Assembly: GCA_021268355.1 (NCBI GenBank)
Contig: JAJETY010000003.1
Coordinates: 6,782-38,781, forward strand
Length of the DNA: 32,000 nt
Reading direction: 5' to 3'
Origin: Nitrosopumilus sp.
GTDB taxonomy: Archaea; Thermoproteota; Nitrososphaeria; Nitrososphaerales; Nitrosopumilaceae
This document shows, piece after piece, positions 7,391 through 15,470 of the stretch. The notes beneath the pieces are model-generated. The model was not told the origin of the DNA, made no database searches, and saw nothing but the letters and a program-made list of their open reading frames with translations. The number at the start of each line of letters is the position of its first letter. The first letter of the stretch is position 1. The position numbers were made by a program, and so were the translations under genes.

Positions 7391-8866
7391 ATGTCCCAAT
7401 TGACTCTTATAGAAACAATTCAAAATATACAATCATTAATTGATTCGGGTGATGGTGATCCTGGAAGATTATATCATATTTTAGAATGTCTAAAAAACAA
7501 AAAACCACTATATCACTCTGATCAAGATTATCTTGAGAAAAAATTAAAATCTTCATTCAGTTTTGAAGAAATAACTGAATCTCAAACTGATAGCGATGTA
7601 TTACCAAAAATCCAAGAATTAATTGATTCTGGAATGGGTGATGCTGGAAGATTGCAACATATCTATGATATGATTTTAAAAAATAAACCTCTCTACCATT
7701 CAGATGTCACTTATCTTGAATCTAAAATTAATAAAACAATAATCCCGAACTCTGAAGATACAAAATCTAAAATCGAACTATATGAAATAGAATCATCTTC
7801 ACAGACATTTGAAAGCGAACCCGAAATAAAATCCACTCCTAGAGGAACAATGCCCAAAGATTGGGACAACCCTGATTCAGAAGAAATAGAGAAAATTACA
7901 AAAGACATTGAAAAGGAGGAGGAAAAAATTCAAAAACAAAGATTAATTTCTAATGAAATTAGTGCACATCGAACAAAATTAACCCAATTAGTATCTCATA
8001 GAAAAGAATATGAACAAAAAGTAGCTCAAGAGAAAGAATCGTTAGAGTCACAAATAAAAGAAGAAAGGCAAAAAATTGAAACTCAAACAAAACTTTCTGA
8101 AGAAATCATAATCCAAAAAGAAGAACTCGCTAAAGTTAAAAAAGAACGAACCGAAATTATTAAAAAAATCAATTTAGAAAAAACAAAAATTTCTAAAGAA
8201 CTAGGACATCAAAAAAGACAACTAGTTCAGGCACAGTTAGAACAGGAAAAAATAGAAAAACAAATTGAAACTGAGCAAGATTTACTTGCAAAAATGATTG
8301 AAGAACAAAAAACACGCCTATTTGAACAGGCCTCTATTGCAAATGAAATCAAATCAAAACAGAATGATTTGGAGAAAACAAAGAAGGATTATGAGATAAT
8401 TGTCTCTCAAGTTAAAGAAGAGAAAGAAAGATTTGCAGAATCTGAAAAATTAAAGAATTTGATAAAATCTCAGGAATCTGATTTAATTAAATCGAAAGAA
8501 GAGCGCCTCAACTTGATAAACGTGATTTCCAAAGAGAAAGAGGTGATAGACAAAAAAACAAAGGAGGAAAAAGAGCGACTTAAATCTCAAGAAACCCTCA
8601 TGAAACAACTAAAAAAAGAGCAAAAAATCTACGAATCACTCAAAAAGAAAAGGGAAAAAACCGAGGAACAAATTAGAGTTAAAAATCAAAAACTTAAAGA
8701 AAAACAACAGAAACTAAAACAAGAAATATCTGAAAAAGATAAGAAACTAAAATCATTAGGTTCAAAAATTACAATTGGTAAAAAATCCGTAAAAAATACT
8801 ACAAAAAATACTACAAAAAATACTACAAAAAATACTACAAAAAATACTAAGAAGAAATCATCTTAA
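7391..8866 (+). CDS. coiled-coil protein (491 aa) with a duplicated N-terminal module and a KNTT repeat tail
   Basis: There are two copies of IQ.LIDSG.GD.GRL.HI...L.NK.PLYHSD..YLE.K. These are followed by about 300 aa of E/K/Q-rich heptad-like sequence and then (KNTT)4. Confidence 0.8.
   Translation: MSQLTLIETIQNIQSLIDSGDGDPGRLYHILECLKNKKPLYHSDQDYLEKKLKSSFSFEEITESQTDSDVLPKIQELIDSGMGDAGRLQHIYDMILKNKPLYHSDVTYLESKINKTIIPNSEDTKSKIELYEIESSSQTFESEPEIKSTPRGTMPKDWDNPDSEEIEKITKDIEKEEEKIQKQRLISNEISAHRTKLTQLVSHRKEYEQKVAQEKESLESQIKEERQKIETQTKLSEEIIIQKEELAKVKKERTEIIKKINLEKTKISKELGHQKRQLVQAQLEQEKIEKQIETEQDLLAKMIEEQKTRLFEQASIANEIKSKQNDLEKTKKDYEIIVSQVKEEKERFAESEKLKNLIKSQESDLIKSKEERLNLINVISKEKEVIDKKTKEEKERLKSQETLMKQLKKEQKIYESLKKKREKTEEQIRVKNQKLKEKQQKLKQEISEKDKKLKSLGSKITIGKKSVKNTTKNTTKNTTKNTTKNTKKKSS
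8781..8850 (+). repeat. in-frame 12-bp tandem repeat aaaaatactaca: 4 perfect copies flanked by 2 degenerate copies
   Basis: Perfect copies were counted directly at 8792-8803, 8804-8815, 8816-8827 and 8828-8839. Partial copies lie on both sides. Confidence 0.9.
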
Positions 8867-9472
8867 CTTTAAGGTGATCTCTTCACCATTTCCAATTGAT
8901 GAAGTTATAGTTTTAAGATTTTCATTTGCTTGAATATGTCTAGATAATTTTATCATGTCTTGCTTATATTTTTCAGGATACAGCATATTATCTGTGATGA
9001 TTAATCCACCTATTGATACCATGGGTAAAATCATGTCAAAATATTCAATTACATTTTCCTTATCTGCATCAATTAGTACAAAATCAAAGAATTCTTTGTA
9101 TTTTTCTTCCAAACTCAATTCTCTAAGAATCTGTATGGCCAACCCCTCTCTAATTGATATTTTATCTAAAACCTCCGCATCCTGAAAATTCTTTATTGCC
9201 CTTTCAATCTTTTTAGGATTTTGTTCAATTGTTATTATACTCCCTCCATTTTCATTAATTGCTTCGGCACACCATATAGTAGAATATCCTACAGACATTC
9301 CAACTTCAAGTAAATTTTTTGCATTTTTTAAGCGTATTAGCATATTGAGTAATTCACCTGTTTCTTTTGTAATTGCTAACATTCTCTCATCTCCGGGAAC
9401 ATCAGCCTGTCTTGATTTTTCTAATATCGATTGTTTTTCTAATCGTTCCAATACCTCAAAAATTTTACTCAT
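8858..9472 (-). CDS. class I SAM-dependent O-methyltransferase (family 3, caffeoyl-CoA OMT / YrrM-like)
   Basis: LLEVGMSVGYSTIW is SAM-binding motif I. IITIEQNP, FDFVLIDADKENVIEYFD and GGLIITDNML match the Methyltransf_3 layout. Confidence 0.85.
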   Translation of the reverse strand: MSKIFEVLERLEKQSILEKSRQADVPGDERMLAITKETGELLNMLIRLKNAKNLLEVGMSVGYSTIWCAEAINENGGSIITIEQNPKKIERAIKNFQDAEVLDKISIREGLAIQILRELSLEEKYKEFFDFVLIDADKENVIEYFDMILPMVSIGGLIITDNMLYPEKYKQDMIKLSRHIQANENLKTITSSIGNGEEITLKLR

Positions 9473-9561
9473 TTTTTCTGTATTTTTAAATAATTTTGTC
9501 CTTGTATTAGTATTCTAAGATCATGCTTTTTTATTATTAGATTATATTTACCCATCATTTT

Positions 9562-9948
9562 TTGTTAATCATGGCAGGAAAAACAATCGATCTGCTTGAA
9601 GTCGTTCAAAAAATCATTAATCTAGATTCTAAAATGAGATTTGCCGCAATAATTGATTCTAAAGGTAACATTAGAGAGGCCATAATGAAAACTGGTAAAA
9701 CTAATCTTAAATCTCAAAAGGAAGAGGAACATTTCTGCAAACAAGTTGCACAAAGACGTGCTATGAGAAAAGAATTTGACAGATCTCTTGGTAAAGTTCG
9801 CTATGTGCATGTTGAAAGAGAAAAAGTATCTCAAATGGTTGTATATGCAAAAAGAAATATCATCTATTTTACAATGGAACCTGAAATGCCAATTAACACA
9901 AAAATTAGATTAATTACAAAAATCAAGAAACTTACTGCTGGCCTTTAG
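9562..9948 (+). CDS. conserved hypothetical protein, possibly Roadblock/LC7-like fold
   Basis: The FAAIIDSKGNI...LGKVRYVHVEREKV...IIYFTME pattern resembles Roadblock/LC7, but this is weak and by eye only. The likely true start is the ATG at 9571 (MAGKTIDLL). Confidence 0.6.
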   Translation: MLIMAGKTIDLLEVVQKIINLDSKMRFAAIIDSKGNIREAIMKTGKTNLKSQKEEEHFCKQVAQRRAMRKEFDRSLGKVRYVHVEREKVSQMVVYAKRNIIYFTMEPEMPINTKIRLITKIKKLTAGL

Positions 9949-9981
9949 AAGAATTTCTAAAATAACAAATTAGTTGATATC

Positions 9982-10326
9982 ATGACTTTTCCCAAATATC
10001 TTGGTGATTCAAAGATGTTTGAATATGATAAACATTACAGAGATTGCCAACAGTTTGATAAACCGTTCATTAAAGCAAAAATCAATCCTCAACATGGAAA
10101 TTATTTTGTTCAAATAGATTTGATGCCATGTGATTTCAAGTTCTCAAAAAATGATGAAAAAAAATTAGAAAAAATGATACAAAATGAAAATGACTATCTA
10201 AAGTTAAATTCTGAGCCTGAATTGAATGGTTTTAGCATTACTTCTGAACTTGCATGGTTTGATGGCGTATCTGCTAATAATTTGGATTCTTTTTGTAACT
10301 TCCTTTATGATTTAACTCAGTCTTAA
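9982..10326 (+). CDS. hypothetical protein (114 aa)
   Basis: ORF only; no motif recognised. Confidence 0.5.
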   Translation: MTFPKYLGDSKMFEYDKHYRDCQQFDKPFIKAKINPQHGNYFVQIDLMPCDFKFSKNDEKKLEKMIQNENDYLKLNSEPELNGFSITSELAWFDGVSANNLDSFCNFLYDLTQS

Positions 10327-10529
10327 AATCTAATTAAATTTTTTAAAATTTTATCGATTACTTTCAACTCTTGTCTTCTTTCTTTAATTGTGGTCTCATT
10401 CCATTTTTTTGCAAATTCTGATTTTTGGTCAAGTTTCTCTAATTCTTGAATGTACTTTACAAGATGAATTTTGTAGTCATGTAGCAAATCCAAATGCTTG
10501 TTATGGTTATTCTCTGTTGGAGTTGTCAT
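10323..10529 (-). CDS. small helical hypothetical protein (68 aa)
   Basis: ORF lying 2 nt downstream of ORF 10532-10744, so the two probably form a two-gene operon. Confidence 0.5.
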   Translation of the reverse strand: MTTPTENNHNKHLDLLHDYKIHLVKYIQELEKLDQKSEFAKKWNETTIKERRQELKVIDKILKNLIRF

Positions 10530-10531
10530 CT

Positions 10532-10744
10532 TTAATCATCTGTAATATCTGGGAACATTTCTTTAATTCTTAACTTGTCTTTTTCCATGGCTTCAATTCT
10601 CTTTTCAAGATGATTTTTAATTACTGGATTTGTTTCCAGTTTTTCTTCATCACGTATATCTGATATTGTTTTTGTCAATGAATCATAATATTTGATATGG
10701 TTCTTTCTTGATTCCTCTGATCTGTCTTCATCTTTAACGTCCAC
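10532..10744 (-). CDS. small helical hypothetical protein (70 aa); its C-terminal IKEMFPD motif is shared with ORF 16174-16377
   Basis: ORF with the tail EKDKLRIKEMFPDITDD, compared with EELEKIKKKFPENFFES in ORF 16174-16377. Confidence 0.5.
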   Translation of the reverse strand: MDVKDEDRSEESRKNHIKYYDSLTKTISDIRDEEKLETNPVIKNHLEKRIEAMEKDKLRIKEMFPDITDD

Positions 10745-11243
10745 AATATAATTAGAATTTTCTAAAATAAGTATTTGATGTTTTTATATTATTTGTTATT
10801 TGGATGTGCAACATTTTCTCAAAAAAATCAAATATATTTTTAGATTTTTTTAAGTTTCTATTTTTATATCGTCAATTATCATAATCCATAATATTGGATA
10901 CAAGATATGATGATTATTGATTTTCTTGTGATCATTTGATAGTATAGAGAGAATTAGGCAGTTTTAGGATATGTGGGGAGAGAGCCTAGAATTGAAAATA
11001 TCCTGACACTGGAAAATAAATCAATTAAAAGATTAATTCAATTTCAACTTAGAAAAATCCACTTTAACTGACTTCAAAATTTAAAAAATTTTTAACCTCA
11101 TCTGATTGGTTTCTGTATATTTTCATAAAATTACATGTTAAATTTGAAAATACACGTCAAAAATTAAAAACCTACTATGGATACAACCATAAATTCTATA
11201 GAAAAATTCTACACTAATATTGAAATAAAATTAAGTTTCTTTA

Positions 11244-11516
11244 ATGAAAATTCTTGTAGATGAAAATCTTGACGGAATGGATGAGCGTCTAAAAGAACAC
11301 GGATACGATGCATTAAGTGTTCGTAAATTGAACATGGCTGGAGAGAAACTCGGTTCAGATTTTTCAGTGATTCAATATGCTCAAAAGAATGATTTGATTA
11401 TTGTAACTAAAGATAAAGAATATCGTAAAGCAAGCGAAGAAAATGACTTTCCATTGATTCTTCTTGATGATGAAGAAATACTAAAAGTTATCATAGAAAA
11501 ACTAAAAAATTTTTAA
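11244..11516 (+). CDS. DUF5615 / Mut7-C-type PIN-like domain protein (putative toxin-like nuclease fold)
   Basis: MKILVDENL...LKEHGYDALSVRKL...SDFSVIQYAQKNDLIIVTKDKEY follows the DUF5615 consensus (MK.L.DENL...L...GHDV..V...G..SD.EI...A......I.TKD.DF). Confidence 0.7.
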   Translation: MKILVDENLDGMDERLKEHGYDALSVRKLNMAGEKLGSDFSVIQYAQKNDLIIVTKDKEYRKASEENDFPLILLDDEEILKVIIEKLKNF

Positions 11517-12079
11517 TTAATATTTTTAGAATTTATGTGAGATATTCGTAAATTTGATAAAATTTCATTGAGAAACACATCTTCCGGCTGATGTGAAATA
11601 GTGGACATAATTGCTTGCCAACAATCATCAATTTTTCTATTGATCTGTGGAAACATTTTGTCTTTTCTAAATGTTGGATAAAATGAAAGTAATTTCATTA
11701 TTCCATCTGTGGATTGAACAATTTGTATAAAATGAATTATTGACATTAGTCTTTGATTGAATGAATGATTTTCCATTTTACTGATATCTTCAAAGCTTTC
11801 AATCTCTTCAAAAATAATTTTCACTTCCGAATGCAAATTTTTTAATTGATTATTTACTGATTCGTAGAGATTTACTAATTCATACTCTATATGTGATCTA
11901 CTATGAACTCTTTTTTCAATATCTCCAGATTGCACAAGTGCACTAATTTCTCTGTAGACTGTTTTTTCATTTCCTACCTTTTCCATGACTCTTTTTGCTA
12001 GTTCACCGGCTCTAATCTTTCCATTTTCGTTAAGTATCCTAATAATCTCAATTCTGATAATCTCTGAATTTTTATCCAA
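11513..12079 (-). CDS. putative wHTH DNA-binding protein with a helical C-terminal domain (188 aa)
   Basis: The N-terminus IRIEIIRILNENGKIRAGELAKRV...EKTVYREISALVQSGDIEKRV is a wHTH pattern. The C-terminal segment IQIVQSTDGIMKLLS resembles LLQTDNGFTILDS in ORF 5427-6011. Confidence 0.6.
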   Translation of the reverse strand: MDKNSEIIRIEIIRILNENGKIRAGELAKRVMEKVGNEKTVYREISALVQSGDIEKRVHSRSHIEYELVNLYESVNNQLKNLHSEVKIIFEEIESFEDISKMENHSFNQRLMSIIHFIQIVQSTDGIMKLLSFYPTFRKDKMFPQINRKIDDCWQAIMSTISHQPEDVFLNEILSNLRISHINSKNIN

Positions 12080-12088
12080 TTTTTTCTC

Positions 12089-12322
12089 CTATTTTTGATA
12101 TTTTTCTATAACTTTACTCTGCCCCATCACACTAATCTCTTTTGCCAATTCTTGTAGGATTTCTATCCCTTTTTTGATTGGTTCTTTTGATATCTGTTTA
12201 TTTTCTAATTTCTGTTTCAAGACTAATTTTTCATTATTTACAAAACTGATCAAAGAAACATCTTTCCCCATGTTTAGATTTATAAAAAAATCTACATATT
12301 CTGCAGCACTATCAATGCCCAT
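12089..12322 (-). CDS. hypothetical protein (77 aa), upstream gene of the wHTH operon
   Basis: ORF ending 9 nt upstream of the wHTH gene on the same strand. Confidence 0.5.
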   Translation of the reverse strand: MGIDSAAEYVDFFINLNMGKDVSLISFVNNEKLVLKQKLENKQISKEPIKKGIEILQELAKEISVMGQSKVIEKYQK

Positions 12323-12399
12323 ACTGAATATCCCTTTAAGGGGTATTTGTTTGGAACACTCAAAACTAGATTAAAATAATTTCAAAACTATGCACATGT

Positions 12400-12663
12400 A
12401 TGGATAAATGCGATAGACGTGTTCGTGCATATAAAAACGGAAAAACACTTGATGAGTGTAAAGAACTTGCAGAATCACTTAATCCCAATTTTAAGGATCA
12501 AATTGAACAAAATGGTAGGATTCTCTGGTCTCAAATTCTTGAACAAGTTGATCATGATGAATTAATTTACAAATTTACTCTCAAATTCTTGAGACGTGAT
12601 GGATATGATATAGGCAACTGGAAACGACCTCATGTACAAAAATTCAATCATTGGTTTACATAA
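12400..12663 (+). CDS. hypothetical protein (87 aa)
   Basis: ORF only. Confidence 0.5.
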   Translation: MDKCDRRVRAYKNGKTLDECKELAESLNPNFKDQIEQNGRILWSQILEQVDHDELIYKFTLKFLRRDGYDIGNWKRPHVQKFNHWFT

Positions 12664-12672
12664 AAATTTGAA

Positions 12673-13485
12673 TTAAATTTTGCAACTACCATCTGGATTA
12701 CGTAATTTTTTTGCCATAATGTATGGTGTTACCACAAGTATTGGAATTGAGACTGCAATTAGCAATGTCTGTAATTGTGCTAACGCAAGAGATATTGCTA
12801 TTCCACTAGCAGTTCCAATAAATAAAGAGAAAAATGTCCCTGCACATGTTGGGCATGCAATAAAAGCCCCCACAATCGCTCCCATTCCACTCATTCCACT
12901 TCCTTTTTTGGAAAATGTATATGCACTTACTGCAAGTGATGTATTTAGTGCAACTAGATATGATACGATAATTTGCAATACTAAATTGATTGGAATTATT
13001 TGTAATCCCACGTGCTCACTAAGGTATATTATTATTTTTGGCATATATCCTAATTCTCCACAACATGGTGCAACAAATCCTGAAGGAATCTTTGCACCAT
13101 AGTGTATTGAAAAAGTTACTTCGGGCTGATACACAAGTGTTCCTGATACTAATGCAAAGAAGATTCCATAGCCTACAAATATTGCAACAAAAATTTTCCT
13201 AGATTTTTTATTCCAGGTTACTAAAGCAATGATTGTGGAAAGGTCTTTTTTGTTTTCTTCTATCTTGCCTTTGTGATATCTATACATGCCAAGAGCAATC
13301 GCTCCAAAAGATGCAACCAACGCAATGTAAAATATGTAAGCTATTCTTTGAATTGATTCTATAGCACTGGGTGTGAGTAGTTCTGAATCCTGATACCTAG
13401 CATAAATTATGAATAGTAATGCAATTGCTACAAAACCTAAAACAATTAGTTTTTTCCCTTTACTAATTGAATTTGATTTCTCCAT
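12673..13485 (-). CDS. polytopic membrane protein with conserved Cys motifs (APCCGELGY; ACPTCAG)
   Basis: About 6 hydrophobic segments plus CC and CPTC motifs. It sits immediately downstream of trkH on the same strand. Confidence 0.75.
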   Translation of the reverse strand: MEKSNSISKGKKLIVLGFVAIALLFIIYARYQDSELLTPSAIESIQRIAYIFYIALVASFGAIALGMYRYHKGKIEENKKDLSTIIALVTWNKKSRKIFVAIFVGYGIFFALVSGTLVYQPEVTFSIHYGAKIPSGFVAPCCGELGYMPKIIIYLSEHVGLQIIPINLVLQIIVSYLVALNTSLAVSAYTFSKKGSGMSGMGAIVGAFIACPTCAGTFFSLFIGTASGIAISLALAQLQTLLIAVSIPILVVTPYIMAKKLRNPDGSCKI

Positions 13486-13520
13486 TATCTCTCTTTTTTT
13501 GCATGAGATTAAATTCTATT

Positions 13521-15338
13521 CTAACTTAACCTAGGTACAAAAATGTATATGATTGCAATTATCTCTAACCTTCCAAAGATCATCAAGAATCCTAAAACAA
13601 TTTTTGTTGCTGGGTCTGTATCTGAATCAATTACTCCTGCTGATAACCCTCCTGTTGTTATCACTCCTGCAGCCTCAAAAAATGCATCTTGATAAGGGAC
13701 TTGTTCAGTCTCTGCAAGATGTAATCCTGTAATTGCTGAAATTACTGGAAATAATGCCAAAATTATCAAGGTTGATGTAAGTTCCTTTTTTGTCTGAGTT
13801 GAAAGTTCCTTTCTCTTCACACTGTTAAAAAATGATCTACAATTTTTCAGATGGAATAATCTGAAAATTTTTAGCCCTCCAGCTGTTGAAAAACCACACC
13901 CTCCAATAAACATCAGGACAATTAAGATGGCGTGAGCAATTCCACTTAGTCCTGCTAAACTTTGGAGTTGAAGTCCAGCAGTTGTACTTGCAGAAACAGA
14001 ATAAAATGCACTTTCTAATGGTTCTAACCCACTAATACTAATGAATAATGCGGTAGCTCCACCTAAAACTGCAAAGTAGGTTAGCACTTCTTTTCCTAAT
14101 TTTGGTGCAAGGAATTTTTTTCTTACAAATGCATAATGGAAAGTAAAAGGTAATGCTCCGAGAATCATCGCTCCCATTAAAATCACTTCTTCTTGCCACC
14201 CCAAATTCTCAATAATAGTTGATGATGGCACAAACCCTCCCGTAGCAAGTGTGCTCATTGCCAATGAAAAATCATCTAATAGATTCTCTTGACCAAAGAA
14301 GTATAACAGCATTGCAACAATTACAATGTATACTGCAAAGATTACTGTAATTGTTGAAAATAATTCCTTCATGTGAAGCGTTCTTCCAGAAATAAAACCA
14401 CGCATTGATTGCAATTTTGATTCTGGATAAAATGCAGTAATTACGAGGTAAATGAAACTCATTCCACCTACAAGTTGTGTATAACTTCGATAGAACGTAA
14501 AACTCTGTGTTAGTTCTTCCTCGGGTGTGTTAAACAGAGATATTCCTCCCGTTGTGAAACCTGCAGCACTTGAAAAGAATGCATTTCCAAATACCTCCAC
14601 ATTAGTTTCTTCACAAGGAAATACGTAGAGATATGGTACTGTTCCAAACAATGATAGCAAAAACAGGCTTGAAAAAACTAGAATTGACGCTTGTTGTAGA
14701 TTTAGACTAGATTTTTCTCCATATGAATTCAAAAAGAATCCTGTGACCAACAGCAGAACTGTGGTAAGATAGATTCCTGTAGCAGTAAGTGTGTCTTCTA
14801 AAATTGTTGAAACAATAGCTGGTACCAACAACAAAACCCCTGCAAATTGTAACACAAATCCAAGGTTTCCTAAAACTGCCTTTACTGGAGGACTCAGTAA
14901 TCTGGGCTCGGACGCTGTAGCATCTCTTATGACATTTGCAATTGTTGTTTGGAATACCATTCCAACTACATCATTCTTTTTTGATAAAACCGGTAATTTT
15001 CTAATTTTATTGTCTCTCATTTTATGTAGTGCATCTTGCAATGTTGATTTTTCGTTAATTGTAACTAGAGGTGTTGTCATGATGTCTTTCAATTTTGTAG
15101 CTTCTGCATACACTGTAACATCACTTACTTTACTGAGAATGTCTTCATCTGTAACAATTCCTACTGGTATTCTGTTTTCATCTGTTACGATAATGTCATC
15201 TGTTTCATAATGACGTAACATTCTAGCAGCTTCTCTTGTTAGTGTGTTCTGACTAAGTATCAAAACATCCTTGTCCATGTATTCTGTAACTGATTTATTT
15301 AGAACGTATGAAACTGCACGCTCTGGATTTGTCGACAT
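13521..15338 (-). CDS. trkH: CBS-pair domain fused to a TrkH/KtrB-family cation (K+) transporter
   Basis: The N-terminal ~150 aa are CBS-like (DIIVTDENRIPVGIVTDEDIL; IRKLPVLSKKNDVVGMVF). After that comes a multi-TM region with selectivity-filter-like glycine motifs: GFTTGGIS, LATGGF, STTAGL, FSTAGGLKIFR and VITTGGLS. Confidence 0.9.
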   Translation of the reverse strand: MSTNPERAVSYVLNKSVTEYMDKDVLILSQNTLTREAARMLRHYETDDIIVTDENRIPVGIVTDEDILSKVSDVTVYAEATKLKDIMTTPLVTINEKSTLQDALHKMRDNKIRKLPVLSKKNDVVGMVFQTTIANVIRDATASEPRLLSPPVKAVLGNLGFVLQFAGVLLLVPAIVSTILEDTLTATGIYLTTVLLLVTGFFLNSYGEKSSLNLQQASILVFSSLFLLSLFGTVPYLYVFPCEETNVEVFGNAFFSSAAGFTTGGISLFNTPEEELTQSFTFYRSYTQLVGGMSFIYLVITAFYPESKLQSMRGFISGRTLHMKELFSTITVIFAVYIVIVAMLLYFFGQENLLDDFSLAMSTLATGGFVPSSTIIENLGWQEEVILMGAMILGALPFTFHYAFVRKKFLAPKLGKEVLTYFAVLGGATALFISISGLEPLESAFYSVSASTTAGLQLQSLAGLSGIAHAILIVLMFIGGCGFSTAGGLKIFRLFHLKNCRSFFNSVKRKELSTQTKKELTSTLIILALFPVISAITGLHLAETEQVPYQDAFFEAAGVITTGGLSAGVIDSDTDPATKIVLGFLMIFGRLEIIAIIYIFVPRLS

Positions 15339-15470
15339 TAAGCTACCCTTAGTTAGGGATTTTAAATAATTTGGGGTTACGCTACACTTTTGATCGTCTA
15401 AAATTTTTTTACCTTGTTAAAATGATCATCTTTGATCTCTCAAAACTTGCTATCTTTATAAGCACTGGGC

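Noticed and set aside
7711-9834. Short antisense ORFs 7711-7908, 8955-9185 and 9622-9834
   Set aside because: Each lies entirely inside a longer ORF with recognisable domain or repeat structure.
11411-11422. 12-nt exact match (agataaagaata) to the last 12 nt of aEF-2 (1988-1999), considered as a possible target-site duplication marking a distal casposon end
   Set aside because: The match lies inside the well-conserved DUF5615 coding frame and is a low-complexity A/T-rich word. No inverted repeat matching the aEF-2-proximal junction is nearby, so it is most likely chance.
12680-15210. Plus-strand ORFs 12680-13102 and 14791-15210 antisense to the membrane protein and trkH
   Set aside because: These are shadow ORFs opposite hydrophobic-protein genes. 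The minus-strand products have coherent TM and motif structure.
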